This document shows positions 63,671-64,000 of a DNA stretch of 64,000 nt, piece after piece (the stretch's first letter is position 1; each line of letters opens with the position of its first letter). The DNA is taken from NCBI GenBank assembly GCA_028534125.1, contig CM052817.1, positions 91,390,001 through 91,454,000 of the forward strand. The letters run 5' to 3'. The notes beneath the pieces are model-generated. The model saw only the letters and a program-made list of their open reading frames with translations. It did not search any database and had not been told where the DNA came from. A program made the position numbers and the translations under genes. Origin of the DNA: Lama glama. Taxonomy: Eukaryota.

Positions 63671-64000
63671 GTTTTACACATCTTTTTCTCATGGTTTATC
63701 TCCATGATTTAAGATTCCTTTTTGATAACTCAGCATGTACTTAAGATTATGTAACTGGTTTTATTGTCTGAAATCAGTGTTTGAAAACAGAGCTGTTTGA
63801 TTCTGAATGCAGCTCTTTTTACTACTTAACTAATTCCTTGAAGTAAAATTTTCCATTTATAATGTTTCCAGTATGTAAAAATTACCTCAGAATGTAATGC
63901 TACGAATATGATAGAGAGATGACATTTATGATTTGTATACTTTGACAGAGAAGTCTGTTAGCTAGACTCTTTTTGTATCTTATTTGCTGTATTGGCTTTG

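Noticed and set aside
43813..64000. NAA15 exon 2 or other NAA15 coding exons
   Set aside because: No sequence encoding RCYEHKQYRNGLKF was seen, so the region is treated as intron 1.

Overview
Mammalian genomic DNA, most likely a camelid: it carries about 13 copies of a young tRNA-derived SINE resembling the camelid Vic-1 family. The window covers the conserved MGARP - NDUFC1 - NAA15 locus. MGARP is complete on the minus strand (4 coding exons, 254 aa). The NDUFC1 CDS is complete on the minus strand (3 coding exons, 76 aa, plus a 3'-UTR exon). NAA15 is represented by its first coding exon on the plus strand and about 20 kb of intron 1. All splice junctions were read by hand and the phases join cleanly. 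NAA15 intron 1 contains a TSD-flanked, frameshifted processed pseudogene of CCDC12 with an unusual extended 3' end. The rest is mostly interspersed repeats (SINE, L1, L2, MIR, MaLR/ERV LTR, MER3-like). I found no convincing novel multi-gene system. The best leads are the odd retroposed inserts, two long unexplained minus-strand ORFs downstream of MGARP, a CpG-rich repeat-expanded last exon of MGARP, and a local duplication between the NDUFC1 and NAA15 promoters. Repeat family names and repeat boundaries are by eye and approximate. The supplied ORF track uses TTG/GTG starts, which do not apply to this genome.
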